Positions 37,994 through 54,706 of a stretch of DNA of 64,000 nucleotides are shown piece by piece (position 1 is the stretch's first letter; every line of letters starts with the position of its first letter). The notes under the pieces were generated by a model. That model searched no databases. It saw only the letters and a program-made list of their open reading frames with translations, and was not told the DNA's origin. Source of the stretch: the human T2T-CHM13v2.0 reference genome, Homo sapiens; assembly GCF_009914755.1 (NCBI RefSeq), contig NC_060933.1; one strand, written 5' to 3'. The position numbers and the translations under genes were made by a program.

Positions 37994-38842
37994 TAGTGTA
38001 TTTTCTCTAAATACCATGCTTATATTGCTACTTCTTGATTTTTCAGGTTTATACATTATATAGTGATTTTTCATTATGGAAGGGGAGAATTTGGCTCTCA
38101 TCAATCACTCACTCACAATACCCCCCACCCTGGAACAAAACGCATATTAATACATGTATTCCCACCCCCCACAGCCTCCCAATATAGTTATTTGTCATTC
38201 TGATCAGATCAATATTCGTTATTTGCTTTATTCTGACTGCAAATCTGTTTTCAAGATTTTCAGAGTTAATAATTGTCTTGCTTTTTTTTTTTTTTTTTTT
38301 TGAGACAGAATCTCTCTCTGTCCCCCAGACGGGAGTTTAATGGCACAGTCTTGGCTCACTGAAGCCTCCACCTCCCAAGTTCAAGTGATTCTCCTATCTC
38401 AGCCTCCTGAGTAGCTGGGACTACAGGCACGCGCCACCAAGCCCAGCTAATTTTTGTACTTTCAGTAGAGATGGGGTTTTGCCATGTTGGCCACACTGGT
38501 CTCAAACTCCTGACCTCAGATGATCCACAGCCTCAGCCTCCCAGAGTGCTGGAATTACAGGTGCGAGCCACTCTACCCGGCCCAATTGTCTCGTTTTTAC
38601 CATTGGCTTGGTTTACTAATTTTCGTCACTAATTTAACTACAAACTCTTTCTTTCAGAATTTTGAACATATTCCTCCATCATGTTCCGGTTCCCACTGAC
38701 GCTGTTAAAGAATCCAGTGCCATTCGGATCCATGATCCTTTGTATGAAATCCACTTTTTCTCTGCAAACTTGTAGGATATTTTCTTCATGCCAGATACTT
38801 GTGTTCTTCAATTCTGGGTTTTTGAAAACAAAATATTTTTAA

Positions 38843-39022
<180 letters not shown>

Positions 39023-39704
39023 TAATTTTTTTTTTGAAAACACTTATGCCTATTGACCCAGCAGGTGTGTGCCGCTATGCGTGGCTCATTTTTTATTTTA
39101 TTTTATTTTATTTTATTTATTTTTGCAGAAGCCATTGATACCATCTAGCTAAGCTAGGTTGAAGATACTTTGGACTCGACAATTCTATATTAGGATACAT
39201 GCCCTAGAACATCTCTCCCGTGCATGCACAAAAAGATATTGATGCCTGTAATCCCAGTGCTTTGGGAGGCCAAGGCAGAACGATCACTTGAGGTAAGAAG
39301 TTTGAGACCAGCCTGGGCAACATAACAAGACACTGTTTTTACAAAAAAAAATTAAAAATGAGCCAGGCATAGAGGCATGCACCTGTAGTCTTGGCACTCA
39401 GGAGGCTGAGGTGGAAGGATAACATGAGCCCAAGAGTTTGAAGTTACAGTAACTATGATCATGCTGCTGTATTCCAGCCTGGGTGACAGAACAAGACACT
39501 GACTTAAAAAAAAAAAAAAAAAAAAAGACATTTACAAGAATGCTATGGCAACGTTGTTTATAAGGACAAATACAAGAGAAAGATATAATAAATACTTATT
39601 GACAGGGGAATGAATAAAGATGGCACAGTTATACAAAACATATACAATATTGAGTAAATACACAAGACATATAAGGATGCCATGACATACACAAGACATA
39701 CACA

Positions 39705-40336
<632 letters not shown>

Positions 40337-41117
40337 TTAAAATTGCAATATTCCACCACCCCTGCCTCTCCAGCTTCCCTTATTTTTTCCCTCTGTACTT
40401 CTCACGTTGTAACATATTAATAATGTATCTCAGTTTCATACCTTTTGTTTATGGTTTGGCTCACCCCACCAGAATGTGTGTCCCATGAGAGCAGTAATCC
40501 TCTCTGTTGTTTACGGATGTTCCCAGGGCTTAGGTTGGTGCCTCACATACAGTAGGTTCTCAATATGTATATGTTTGTGAGTTTATGAATGAATAAAAGA
40601 CAGAAACCGCTACTGAAAGTTTAAAACCATGCAAAGCAATACCACTTATCATTTATGGATAAACACGCAGTTCAGGTTTGGGTTACCCCTGGTGACAGAG
40701 GTGGGGAACAGGATCAGGAAGGGACACCCAAGAGTCTTCCAGTGTCCCTGTAAGATTTATTTCCTAAGCAGGGCAATAGAGATGGAAATGTTTGTCGTAT
40801 TATTATCAACAAGTTTTGCATGGCAGAGAAATTCTACAGCTTGAAAAAAAAAAAAAAAGGAACAGCCAGCACCTGCAGCAGGTGTTAGAGTTTCCCAGGG
40901 TTTTTCCACATGACCTCATGGGACAGGGGTGCACAGGGGGCTTCCTGTAAACCCAGCTCAGAGCCAGGTGGGGCCTGGGACTGGGGGTTCTTCCAGAGCT
41001 CCCTAACAGGGGGGAAATCCCAGTCAGATCAAGAGAGGAAGGGGCTGCCTAGGAGGCCACCTCTTCTGGGTGAGATGGGGAGAGTGGGCCAGAATGAAGC
41101 TTGATCTTACACTGTCT

Positions 41118-42430
<1,313 letters not shown>

Positions 42431-42831
42431 TCTTTATCCAAGAGTAGGGACTTGCCGCTGGATCCCCCTGTCAGACACACGCTGCTGTGAGTCAGCTCTG
42501 GATTCCGCTTTAGGACACCTGGGAGCTGTCCCAGTTCAGAATCTGATTCCCTGTTGGAAGCTCTGCCCAGAATTTCTCAAAACTCAGTCTGCATCCTGGC
42601 CCCTACCCCCATGAATAATGGGGAGAATAAATGTGAACCCAGTTTTGTCTACATCATAGGGCTGCTGTGAGAATCAAAAAGGGTGAAAAAAAACCTCCCT
42701 GCCGGTAGAGACCAGTCTAACTGCAACTGTGCATTTTTTTCTTAACTATCCCCCTATTGTTTGATTGTGTTTGCCATTTTCTCTGCTATAAACAGCACTG
42801 CAATGAACATCTTTACATGCCTGCATATGGG

Positions 42832-43440
42832 TGAAGGGAAAACTTCCCCTTTTCCTTCTGAAGGTTCACTGAAAATCACCTGACAAAAGGCAGATTAGTA
42901 GGAGAAAAAGGATACACATTTATTAATATTCATGGGAGAGAATTACAGTGTGATTACCCCAATCCCCCAATGGAGTACAGAAGCTTATGTACTCTTTTTC
43001 CCAGGGGAGCGAGGAGATGGGAAACATAGAGCATTGTTTTGAGGAGCAGTAAATGATTATTAAGGAGAATGAATGGATCAGGGAGACAGAAATCAACTTG
43101 TGAATGGAATGAGTCTGAGAGGCAGACATTATGTTGTGGAAAAGTCCATCCAGCTGTGGTTGGACTTCTGACTTCTTTTCTTCCGGCTTCTTTTCTGCAG
43201 TGGATAATGGGGTATCAGACGGACAGAAGGCAAATGTGTTTCTTTTGGCAAGACACTTTCTAGGTCAGATAAGGAAATTCCAGAGAGTCCCTCCAAGGAC
43301 TTGAGGGGTGAGAGGGAGAGAACGAGACAAGGTTAGAGAGGCCTTGATGCTGAGGCTTATTTGTGAGGCCTTTCAGTTTTCAAAAGCACTCAGCATGCCC
43401 AAGTGCCACATTTTGGGGAATCATTTTCTGTACCCCAACA
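42832..43440 (-). mobile_element. ERV1 solo LTR (MER39/MER34-like)
   Basis: Reverse complement starts TGTTGGGGTACAGAAAATGATTCCCCAAAATGTGGCACTT; TG...CA termini. Confidence 0.65.
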
Positions 43441-43541
43441 CTTATATTTTTGGTTTGCTTTAAAAAAATTATTTCTCTGGGATAAATCCCAGAGGAAATA
43501 ATTGGTTAAAGCATATAAATTGTTTCTATGGCTTTTCAACC

Positions 43542-44408
<867 letters not shown>

Positions 44409-44411
44409 GGT

Positions 44412-45116
44412 TTGTAAGCAGACAGGGAGGGTCTCCAGGGACTATAGGCATTTAGTCAACTGGCACAATAAGCCTGTTTGACAGCCTCCTGCTTTGCAGC
44501 TTGTTTTTTCCCAAACCCTGTGTTGAATGTGGTCACCTAGTTGCTGGCACCAGCTCCTGACAGACCCAGGCAACTTCTAGATCAAGCTTGTCCAACCGGC
44601 GGCCCAGGACGGCTTTGAATGTGACCCAACACAAATTCATAAACCTTCTTTGAACATGATGAGATTTGTTTTTGCGATTTTTTTAGCTCATTAGATACAG
44701 TTAGTATTAGTGTATTTTATGTGTGGCTCAAGACAATTCTTCTTCTAGTGTGGCCCAGGGAAGCCAAAAGATTGGACACCCCTGTTCTAGATGAACCTGA
44801 GTACACATTCCTCATGACCATGCTGACCATGAGCTCCACCTCAGGAGGAGCTACACCTTCATCACCATCACAGGCAACCTGTGGGCTGGCATGATGGTGC
44901 CCTGCGTCTGAAGCAGCGGGGCCCCTCGTCCCCTCCATCACTGCATAAAACCCTCCTGTCACTTTCCCTCAGGGAGACACTGCTTTGGAGAATCCTCCCA
45001 GGGCTCTTCTTACCTGTGGCGAGTCATAAAACTCCTACTGATCCAAACCTGCGTTCTCGTGGAGAGCCGTTTGAGATTCACCAGGTGAATGAACCCCGGT
45101 TTTTTTCTGGGTAACA
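44412..45116 (+). mobile_element. LTR (LTR47-like) containing a MER30 insertion
   Basis: tgtaagcagacagggagggtctccagggactatagg...gggtaaca, with TG...CA termini. Confidence 0.55.
44583..44784. mobile_element. MER30 hAT-Charlie MITE with 8-bp TSD ttctagat
   Basis: caagcttgtccaacc...gtggcccagggaagccaaaagattggacacccctg; TSD at 44575-44582 and 44785-44792. Confidence 0.85.
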
Positions 45117-45599
45117 GGTCGAATGTGAATTACTTATTTTCACAAGCTCTTGACATGTTCCGTCAAATTGCTGTTCCCCAAAGAGTGGACTCTGGTGACA
45201 TATAAGTGTGTGGGACCATTGCATCTTACCCCAGAGATCCACTCCTGATCTGGCATTATTCAAAATCTGCTGAATTCAAAACGATCCTGTACTTCCTGCT
45301 CACCAGGTCTGAAAAGAAAAAAGAAGAAGGAAAGACTACACCTGACAAAAGACAGGGGGAGACATTTATATTAGTTTGCCAGTTTGAGGAAATGCCTTAC
45401 TTGGCAATATTGTAAATCCAGTTTACAGCTCACTTAACTGGACAGCTTCAAAATGACTTTTTTTTGGTATACATTTTAAAAGTCAGGAGAGCTGAGACAA
45501 AAATGAGAATTTATCAGTATTTAACATTTGATAAAATACCTTGAATATTTAAAATGCTCATAAAATGCTATTATACTGTGCTTTATTTTATGTATTTTA

Positions 45600-46400
<801 letters not shown>

Positions 46401-47510
46401 CTATGCCAAGCACTTGTGTTATCTCATTTATCCTTGGATCCTTTTAATATGGGGGTTCAGTTACCCCCATATTACAGACAAGGAAACTGAGGTGCAGATC
46501 CCAGAGAGGGGGAGAGAGAGAGCACCATTCTGGTATGTAGCAGGGGGAGTCAGAGAACAAAAATCGGACTGACTGATAAGAGGCAAAGGCACTGGTGCAG
46601 GCTCTTCCCCAGCTTCCAGCTCTTTCAACCTTCTGGGCCTCGACTCTGCCCTAAGGAGAGGCTGAGGACCAGGTGATGGGCACCAATGTGTGGCTTCTTC
46701 ACATCCCACAGGCCGGACCCCCTGGGCCTCACCTTCCAGTGAGGGAAGAGAGAGGTGACTGCCTTTTCTTTCTCTGCACAGAGCAGCAGGGGAGTCGTGA
46801 CCCCCAGGGGCTCAGTAGAGCATGAGCCTGGCCATTGCCAAGCGGCCCGCCCATGCGTGCTGTGGTTACACGGTCTTCATGCTGGCTGGGGAGCCCCGAG
46901 AACTCGGGTTTGGTTCGTCCTCCAAACACGTGAACACGTGTTGAGCACTGACTGTGAATTCGGCAGCTGTGATGGGGGCTGAACTCAGGGCCAAGGAGCC
47001 AGGCTCCACTCCACTGTGACACCAGGTGTGGGGCTCGGGTAAGTCACCTCTGTGGCCTCTGACCGCAGTTTCCTTATCTGTAAGATGGGGATGGTGATGA
47101 CTACCTCGGAAGGTTGTTGTAAGGCTTAAATGAGAAGATGGGCGTGTCTGAGGCCAGCATGGGGCCCTGTAAAGTGTGAGCAGAAAGGGGCTCTCCAGGT
47201 GCACTCCGGGTATGACTCAGGCGCCCGCTAGGATGCTCACTGGCCCGGCACTGACATCCAGAATGGACCACAAGGGAGAAAGTGGCAGGCTAGCAGGAGG
47301 GAGGCACTTTCACTAGGGGCTGGGAAGGGTCCTGGGAGGGCTTCCTGGAGGAGATAGTGTTTGCACCAAATGAAAACCGGTTCTATTCAGTGATGAGACT
47401 TGCTGCCTGCAGCTAGAACTTCCATTTAAAAACTGGACAGAAGACTTCCCCCAGGAGGTAACTTTAGACTGACTCCTGCACCTAGAGAGGGCATCCTTAG
47501 AGCATCTTAG

Positions 47511-47735
<225 letters not shown>

Positions 47736-47799
47736 TAGTTTTGGTAGAGATGGGGTCTCACTATGTTGCCCAGACTTCCCTCTGTCAATGACAGACATA

Positions 47800-48520
47800 A
47801 TTCAATCATTCATTCATTCAATAAATATTTATTGAGCACCTACTAGGAGGTGCCAGGCATTGTTCTTGGTACTGGAATTATGGCAGCGAATGAAACAAAG
47901 CCCCTGCTCTCAGAGCTTACATCCTGGTGGGCATGGAGGGAAACTAGACAATAAACAGAGAAATAAAGATGTATCAGATTGGTGGAGTGTCCAGGGCTAG
48001 ATGAGGCAGAGTGAGGGAGGGGGAGAAGGACCAGTGGGCAGGAAGTGGTGCCATCAGGGAAGCCAGTGAAGGGCCACCCTTTGAGTGACATCTGTAGGAC
48101 ATGAGGCTCAGACCCTGTGGACCTGGGGGGAGTGGAGAATGTTCCAGGCAGGGGAACAGCTGGTGCAGGAGGTCTGAGTGCTGGGCAGAGGGGATCCCAG
48201 GCGGGATCCCAGGAAAGCTGGAGACAGAGGGAGGGAGGTCAGAGGCGGTGGTGTCGGCCTCTGTGGGCCGTGATTAGGACCCTGGCCTTACCCGGAGGGA
48301 GACAGGAGCCTTTGGAGAGATCCCTTACTGGAGCAGAGGCTTGGCTCTGGCTGTCCGTGAGAAGGGACTGGAGCAGGCCCAGGGCAGAAACAGTGGGGCA
48401 ACCAGGAGGCTGGGGCAGAGGGGCCTCAGCTTGGACCAGGTGCAGGCGACGGAGCTGGGCTGGGGGACGAGATAGGCTTCTGGGTGTGTTTAAAGTTGGA
48501 GCCATGAGGATTGGGTGATG
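47800..48520. mobile_element. L2 LINE 3' fragment
   Basis: cattcattcattcaataaatatttattgagcacctactaggaggtgccaggcattgttc, the classic L2 tail. Confidence 0.8.
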
Positions 48521-48714
48521 AGTTAGACTCCCTACCCCTGAATGCCCTCACAGGACCACAAGGTTCCTGGTGCTCTCACCAAATACCATCTGGAAGCCTC
48601 CTCATTCCACAGGTGATTGTGAAAATAAGACCTTAATTGTTTCATTTTGTTTTTTTCCCCCAAAACAAAACCAAATGTAATGACTAAGAAAAGCTCCACT
48701 TCCACCTCCAGGGC

Positions 48715-48732
48715 GCCGCTCCCTCTGGTGGA
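48715..48732 (-). promoter_or_regulatory. Candidate CTCF motif
   Basis: Reverse complement tccaccagagggagcggc is close to the CTCF core. Confidence 0.6.
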
Positions 48733-49599
48733 GGGTTGGCTCCTGATTTAGATGCTTTCTATATATGAATTACAGGGAAAGGGAGGCCTGGGAGCAGGTC
48801 TGGGGCAGCTCCTTCTGGCCAGCTGGGCGGCTCTCAGGGGCTGCCAGGATGCCTGGCTTCTGCCTGAAGTGAGCAGCTCTCAGTCCCTATGGGCCACGCC
48901 TCTGCATCATCAGGAGAGGGCTTGGGAGCACACAGGGACTTTGGTCTTTCTCCTGAGAGCAGTGAGGAGCCACGGAATGCGGCAGGCAGGGGAAAGACAA
49001 GACCGGATTTGCTTTTTAGAGGAGACCCTTGAGCAACCCCAGGAGATCAGGTTGGAGGAGGCAAGGCCGGAGGCCAAGAGGTCTGGGAGGGGCCTTCAGG
49101 GAGGGGAGGAGGGAAGGGAAGTGGGGCCCACTGAAGGCTGGGGAGTAGCTCCCTGGGCTGCCCCCTGTTGGTCATGACTCTGCCCTGGGGCCCAGGCCCG
49201 ATGTCCACCTCGAGCCTTAGCTCCTGCAGGTGCAGCTAGATGGAGTCTGAGCTGGTGCAGCTATGTGGGGCCTGTTCTGGGCTAGTGACTCACTTCTGAA
49301 CGGCTTTGGCAGAATGAGGCAGTTCTCCCTTTCACAAAATTCATCACAGTTCAAGCTTTTGGCCCCAAACAGCGGCAGATGACAGAGGGATTTCCTGAGG
49401 TGGTTTATGGGACTTTTGCTGAAATGGTAGCATGAACTTCACCTGGGCCTGCAGGGAGCCATCCCCTGCCTCCATCCCCTTGCTCCTCCTTGGCCTGTCC
49501 TAAATCAGGGATGGGACCTTGGTCCTTACCCAGGGCAACCTTGGCCTTCAAGCAGCATGCCTGAGCTCCTCCCTCAGGTTCTGCTCAAACCCTTTTTCC

Positions 49600-49969
49600 T
49601 CAGAACCTGCACACCCCGCTGGGTCGTCACACAGCAAGGCCCATGCCTCCTCCTCCAGGAAGCTGCACTCTGCCCAGATCTCCTTGGATGATGCTAACTC
49701 ATGGGGTGTGGGGAGTGTGGAAGCCCAGCTTCCTTGCCTGGGGTTTCAATAACCCTGAGATGTAACTTGCATTCCAGAGCGGCCCTCGGGATCACAATGA
49801 AGCACCTGCCTGCTGGACTTGGCCAGACATGGCACTGTTGGTCTTCCTTCCCTCTCCTCTCCTGCTTCCCACTCCTTTCCTGGTTTATTCTGGGGGCACT
49901 TCCTTAATCAATCACTTGCTCACAAATCCTCAGCAGAGAGCCTGCTTCTGGGGACCCGACCCAAGACAC
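49600..49969 (+). mobile_element. ERVL LTR16-like remnant
   Basis: gcacttccttaatcaatcacttgctcacaaatcctcag...ctgcttctggggacccgacccaagaca. Confidence 0.65.
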
Positions 49970-51245
49970 AGCTTCCAGGGGTCACTCCTGCTGTTTCTCA
50001 GCTTGGACGGATCCTCCTTGACTGCACCCCTATAAAACAGAATGCAACGCAGAGCTTGTCTCCTGGGGAGAAGCTTCCCAGTGGGACCAGTCCTGCACTG
50101 AGGTCCCATGACACCTTGGCAGGCCCTGTTCCTGGTGCCCGAAGACTGGCCTCGGTCCTGGGAGGTAGCCCCTCCCCTTGGCTCCACCCACAGTTGAGTC
50201 TTTGCACACAAAGTTGTTCTGCCCACCTTGGCTCTTGACTCCACCCCACCTCACAGCCTCTCTGGGCCTCCGTGGCTCCATCTATACAATGAGGGCACAG
50301 GCTCTGCCCCTGTGAGCGGTGGTGTGACGCTGGTTCTGGATTCCTGCTCCCAACCTCACCCTGCGGTAGCTGAGCCAGGACCTCTGGAAAAGAGGAGCCC
50401 AGCCTGTTCAAGAATGAACAGCTGGGTCCTGGCTCAGAGAATCAACCATTCTGGCTGTTACAACTCATTACTAAATCCCAGCTATGCCCTGAGGAGGATT
50501 AAGGAAACTGCTCCGGTAAAAAATCCCCAACAGAAAGAATGCACTCCCTCCCAGGGAGCCCTAGAAATCTGACCACGGTCATCTTCTCCTGGCGGTCTCT
50601 AACCAATGCACATTCCGGGTGTTTGCGTGCCAGAGGGGCCAGCTGGGCATCTGCGCGATTGGCCAATGCCTGGCAGAAAAGCAGCCCAGGGTGCTAGCTT
50701 TCTGATTCACGGGCAGGACTTCAGGTAATGCCAGCTGCTGAGGGAGTTTCGTTAGGCTGCATCGCCCCAGGGAGGAAACCTGAGGCTGGATGGCAAGAAG
50801 CCTGGACAGGGCACTGCTCTGCCTCGAACTTGCTGGTGACCCAGGCAGGGCACTGTCCCCTGTTAACTCTCAGCTTTCCTACTTAAAAACTGGGAATGGT
50901 ATCCCCATTTACAGGGATGTACTCACTTACACAGAATATGTCTATAGAGTGTTCACCCTGTGGGGACCCATGTTGGGCACTGGAACCATGAAAAGGCTTG
51001 GACCCTACCCTGTCCTTGCCCTGTGTCGCTCCCAGGCTTGAAGCTGGGAAGGTTAAAGGAGAGGGTCCGAGGGAGAAGTGGGGTATGTATGTGGGGGCCA
51101 CATTAGCACAAAACCAGAGGCCTGCAACCATGATGCCTTGAGGCTATGGATGAATAAGCAGATGTAGCTGAAGGAGCCACTGGGGTTGGCTGGCAGGTCA
51201 GGACAGGGCAGCCATGAGGGTTGTGGTCACATGCCTCAGTGTTAC

Positions 51246-51814
51246 TGTCTTAATCTATTTTCCGCTGCTATCACAGAATACCGCAGACTGGGTAACTTAT
51301 ACAGAAAATAACTTTATTTGGCTCATGGTTCTGGAGGATGGGAAGTCTAGAAAAATAGTGCCAGCATCTGGAGAGAGTCATCCTGTGGCACAAGGCATCA
51401 CATGGCCAGCATGCACACAAGACAGAGAGAGAAATGGGGCCAAACTTATCCTTTTATCAGAAGCTCACTCCTGCCATAAGTAATCCACTCTTACAATAAC
51501 TGCATTAATCTCTTCATGAGGGCAGAGCACCTCATGACCCAATCACCCCTAAAGGACCCATTTCTCAACACTGTCACAATAGCAATTAAATTTTATTTTA
51601 TTTTATTTTTATTTTTTGAGATGGAGTTTCATTCTTATCACCCAGCCTGGAGTGCAGTGGCACCATTTCGGCTCACCACAACCTCTGCCTCCTGGGTTCA
51701 AGCGATTCTCCTGCCTCGGCCTCCTGAGTAGCTGAGATTACAGGCATGTGCCACCATGCCCAGCCACAATTAAATTTCAACAGGCATTTTGGAGAGGACG
51801 TTCAAACCACAGCA
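51246..51814 (-). mobile_element. MaLR MST-family LTR with Alu right-arm insertion
   Basis: tgtcttaatctattttccgctgctatcacagaataccgcagactgggtaacttat ... ttcaaaccacagca. Confidence 0.8.
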
Positions 51815-53603
51815 GTTACCTTCACCTGGATTTGAGTCCAGCTCAAGCGTGGTGACCTTGGGCAGGTCCTTCAGGCAGAAGGACTTGAGGCTCTCTGAGC
51901 CGCAGTTATCTTGACTTGAAAGTGAGAATCCTAACAGTGCCCACTTGAAGGCTTGTTGTGGGGTGAACACCACATAGTTTGAAGCCCGATCCTGTCTGAG
52001 TAGCGGTGGCTCTCTTGCCCCTCTGAATCTTCCAGGCTGGGGCCCTCTGCTCCCCAGAAGAGCAGACTGAGGGGCTGAGAAAGGGGCAAGTGGCTTTCTG
52101 TGTGGGGTGCAAGGCTGCAGCAGGCTGAGTCTGGGGGCAACCCAGGTCTGCTGATGAGCTGTTACCCTGCCCCCCAGGGCCACACCTCACTGGGAGCTGA
52201 AGCCTGAGCACATTTCCCAGGGGTCTGGGCTGGCCAAGGGGTCCCGACTGGGCTCTCTGCTACCCTCTGTGGCCAGCTGCTCATGTCTCTTGTACGAGAG
52301 CATCAGCTTCCAGCAGTCAGACAAAAGCCCAGGCAGGGCCGGGGTGAAAGCCACACTGCGCCTTGCCTGCTGCGCGTCATCGGAAAATGTTCGCCCCATC
52401 TGGGCTTCAGTTTCCATATCTGTATAATGGGCTTCCAGCATGTGCCCTGCCCCACCCCTCACCAAGCACAGACCAGAGGCAGGGCCCCCTCAGAGAGGAG
52501 ACAGTCAGTCAGATGATCTCTATTCAAACCCAGTTCTGCTCCTTACCAGCTGTGTGACCGTGGGCAAGTCCCTCCACTGACCTGAGCCTCAGTTTCTTCG
52601 TCTGTAACTTGGGGTTCCTAAAATCAACTTCACTGGCCTTTGTGGGGATTAAACAAACTCTTGTGTGTGGAGTGCCTGGCACGGATCACTCACTCTCAGC
52701 GCAAGTTCCCTTCCGTTGGGGCCGCTCTCCGCCTCCTTACACCCTGATCTAACCTCACCTTCCACTGCCCATCTCAGCTGCTGCTGCTTCTCCTCCCTTT
52801 GGCGATGCCGACGCGCTCCAGCCTCCAGGCCTTTGCTCACCGTTTGTTCTGCCAGAAATGCCTTTTCTCCCTCTCGCATTCCTACCATTCCAAAGCATAT
52901 TGTCTTCATTGCTCAGCTCAAATGCTGCCTTCTCCAGGAAGGCTCTCCGAGGAGCTCTGTGCAAGCAGACAAAAACACGGATACAGGGGCACCAGAAGGG
53001 GCATCTCTCTGCCCACATCTCTCTACTTTCGGCCTGGATCAGGCTCAAACATGGACATTTTTCTCCCCCACCTCGCAGTACACAAAAGTGCCCACTAGGT
53101 GGTGAAAGAATGACGAAGTCCCCGTGGGGATGGGCGATAAGGGAGGCCAACCAGGCACCGCCTGCATCACTCATTCGTTTATTTAACGAATATTGACTGA
53201 GCACCTGCATGGTGCCAGACTGTGGGGCAACCCAGCAACAAGGCCCGACTCTCAAGGAGCTTGTGTTCTAGCTGGGGGAGGCTGGACTGGCGGGAGACAC
53301 AAAAAACAAGGAAATAAATAAAGCAGGAAAAACATGGGACAGAGATGAAGGTTACACAGAAAATGCTGGCCCAGGATCACTTGAGGCCAGGAGTTCGAGA
53401 CCAGCCTGGCCAACATGGTGAAACCCCGTCTCTACAAAAAATACAGAAATTAGCCAGGTGTGGTTGCGTGCGCTGGTAATCCCAGCTATTTGGGAGGCTG
53501 AGGTGGGAGGATCCCTTGAGACTGAGAGGCAGAGGTTGCAGTGAGCTGAGATTTCACCACAGCACTCCAGCCTGGGTGACAGAGTGAGACCCCTGTCAAA
53601 AAA

Positions 53604-53635
<32 letters not shown>

Positions 53636-53769
53636 AAGAAAGAAAGGAAAGAAAAGGAAAGGAAAGGAAAAAAAAAAAATTCCAGGCCCTTGAGTGTGTC
53701 CAGGCTTCTGACTGAGCATTCTTTCAGTGCAGAGCCACACTTTGAACCTGAGAGAGTGGCTGAGCTGGA

Positions 53770-54275
53770 TGATTCTCAAAGTGCGCTCTGCGGACCAGCA
53801 GCAGCACCACCAGCAGCAGCATCACCCGGGAACTCAAAGGAAATGCAGGTTCTCTGGCCTCTGCCGAATGCACTGAATCAGAATCTGCATTTTAACAAGA
53901 TCCCCAGGTAATTCCTTTTCAAGTTAAAGCGAGAAGCTCTGCCCAAGTCCAGAGGCTTAGGGACCAATGACACACACAAGCCAAATCTGGCCACCTATTT
54001 TCGTATGAATCCCATGCTAAGAATGGGTCCTGCTCAGAAAAAAAAAATCTAGAGAGTATTTTGTGATAAATAAAAGACATGCGAATTCAAATTTTAATGG
54101 CCATGCATAAAGTTTTATTGGAAGCCGGCTGCACCCTTTGTTTATGTATTGGCTGTGGCTGCTCTTGTACCAGAATGGTGACGTTAAGGAGCAGCAACAA
54201 AGACAGTATGGGCCACAGTGTTAAAATATTGACTCCCTGGCCCTTTGAAGAAAAAGTTGGCTAGTCCCTGCTCTA
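53770..54275. mobile_element. MER5A-like (53770-53940) and MER58-like (53960-54275) hAT MITE remnants
   Basis: gaatcagaatctgcattttaacaagatccccagg (MER5A); taaagttttattggaa...ctggccctttgaagaaaaagttggctagtccctg (MER58). Confidence 0.7.
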
Positions 54276-54304
54276 GTACATCTTCCTCACACTTTATGAA
54301 TGAA

Positions 54305-54706
54305 GAATCAGGGCCCCGGGGGAGGGGGGCAGTATCTTGTTCAAGGCATCATGGGAGCCCTGCTTTCTCTACACGCTCAGGGTCCTGTTTCCACAGGCTC
54401 AGGCCTGAAGAGACTGAAAGCCCCCACTTTTTCTGTCTCTTGGGTTGGCCCAGGGTTGAAACCCAGGTTCCAGGCTGTGAGGAAGTCCAGGACACACTGA
54501 GAGGTCATGTGTAGGTGTTCAGGCCAACAGCACAGCCAGGGGCTCAGCTGACAGCCAGCATCAATGACCAGATGTATGGGTGAGGAGGTCTTCGGATGAC
54601 TCCAGGCCAACTCCTATCTGACTACAGCTACAACTGCACAAAAGAGCCCGAACGAGAAACACTGGCTGAGCCCAGTCAACCCTGGAACCAGAAGAGATGA
54701 TAATGC
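54305..54706 (-). repeat. Inverted copy of 59788-60190 (MaLR-LTR-like sequence plus GRHPR upstream sequence)
   Basis: Manual alignment gives about 31 substitutions and 1 indel over ~403 bp. The near-identical track ORFs 54377..54610(-) and 59884..60117(+) reflect the same duplication. Confidence 0.95.

Noticed and set aside
46927-46940. Tandem CACGTG E-boxes
   Set aside because: Short motif pair with no supporting context.
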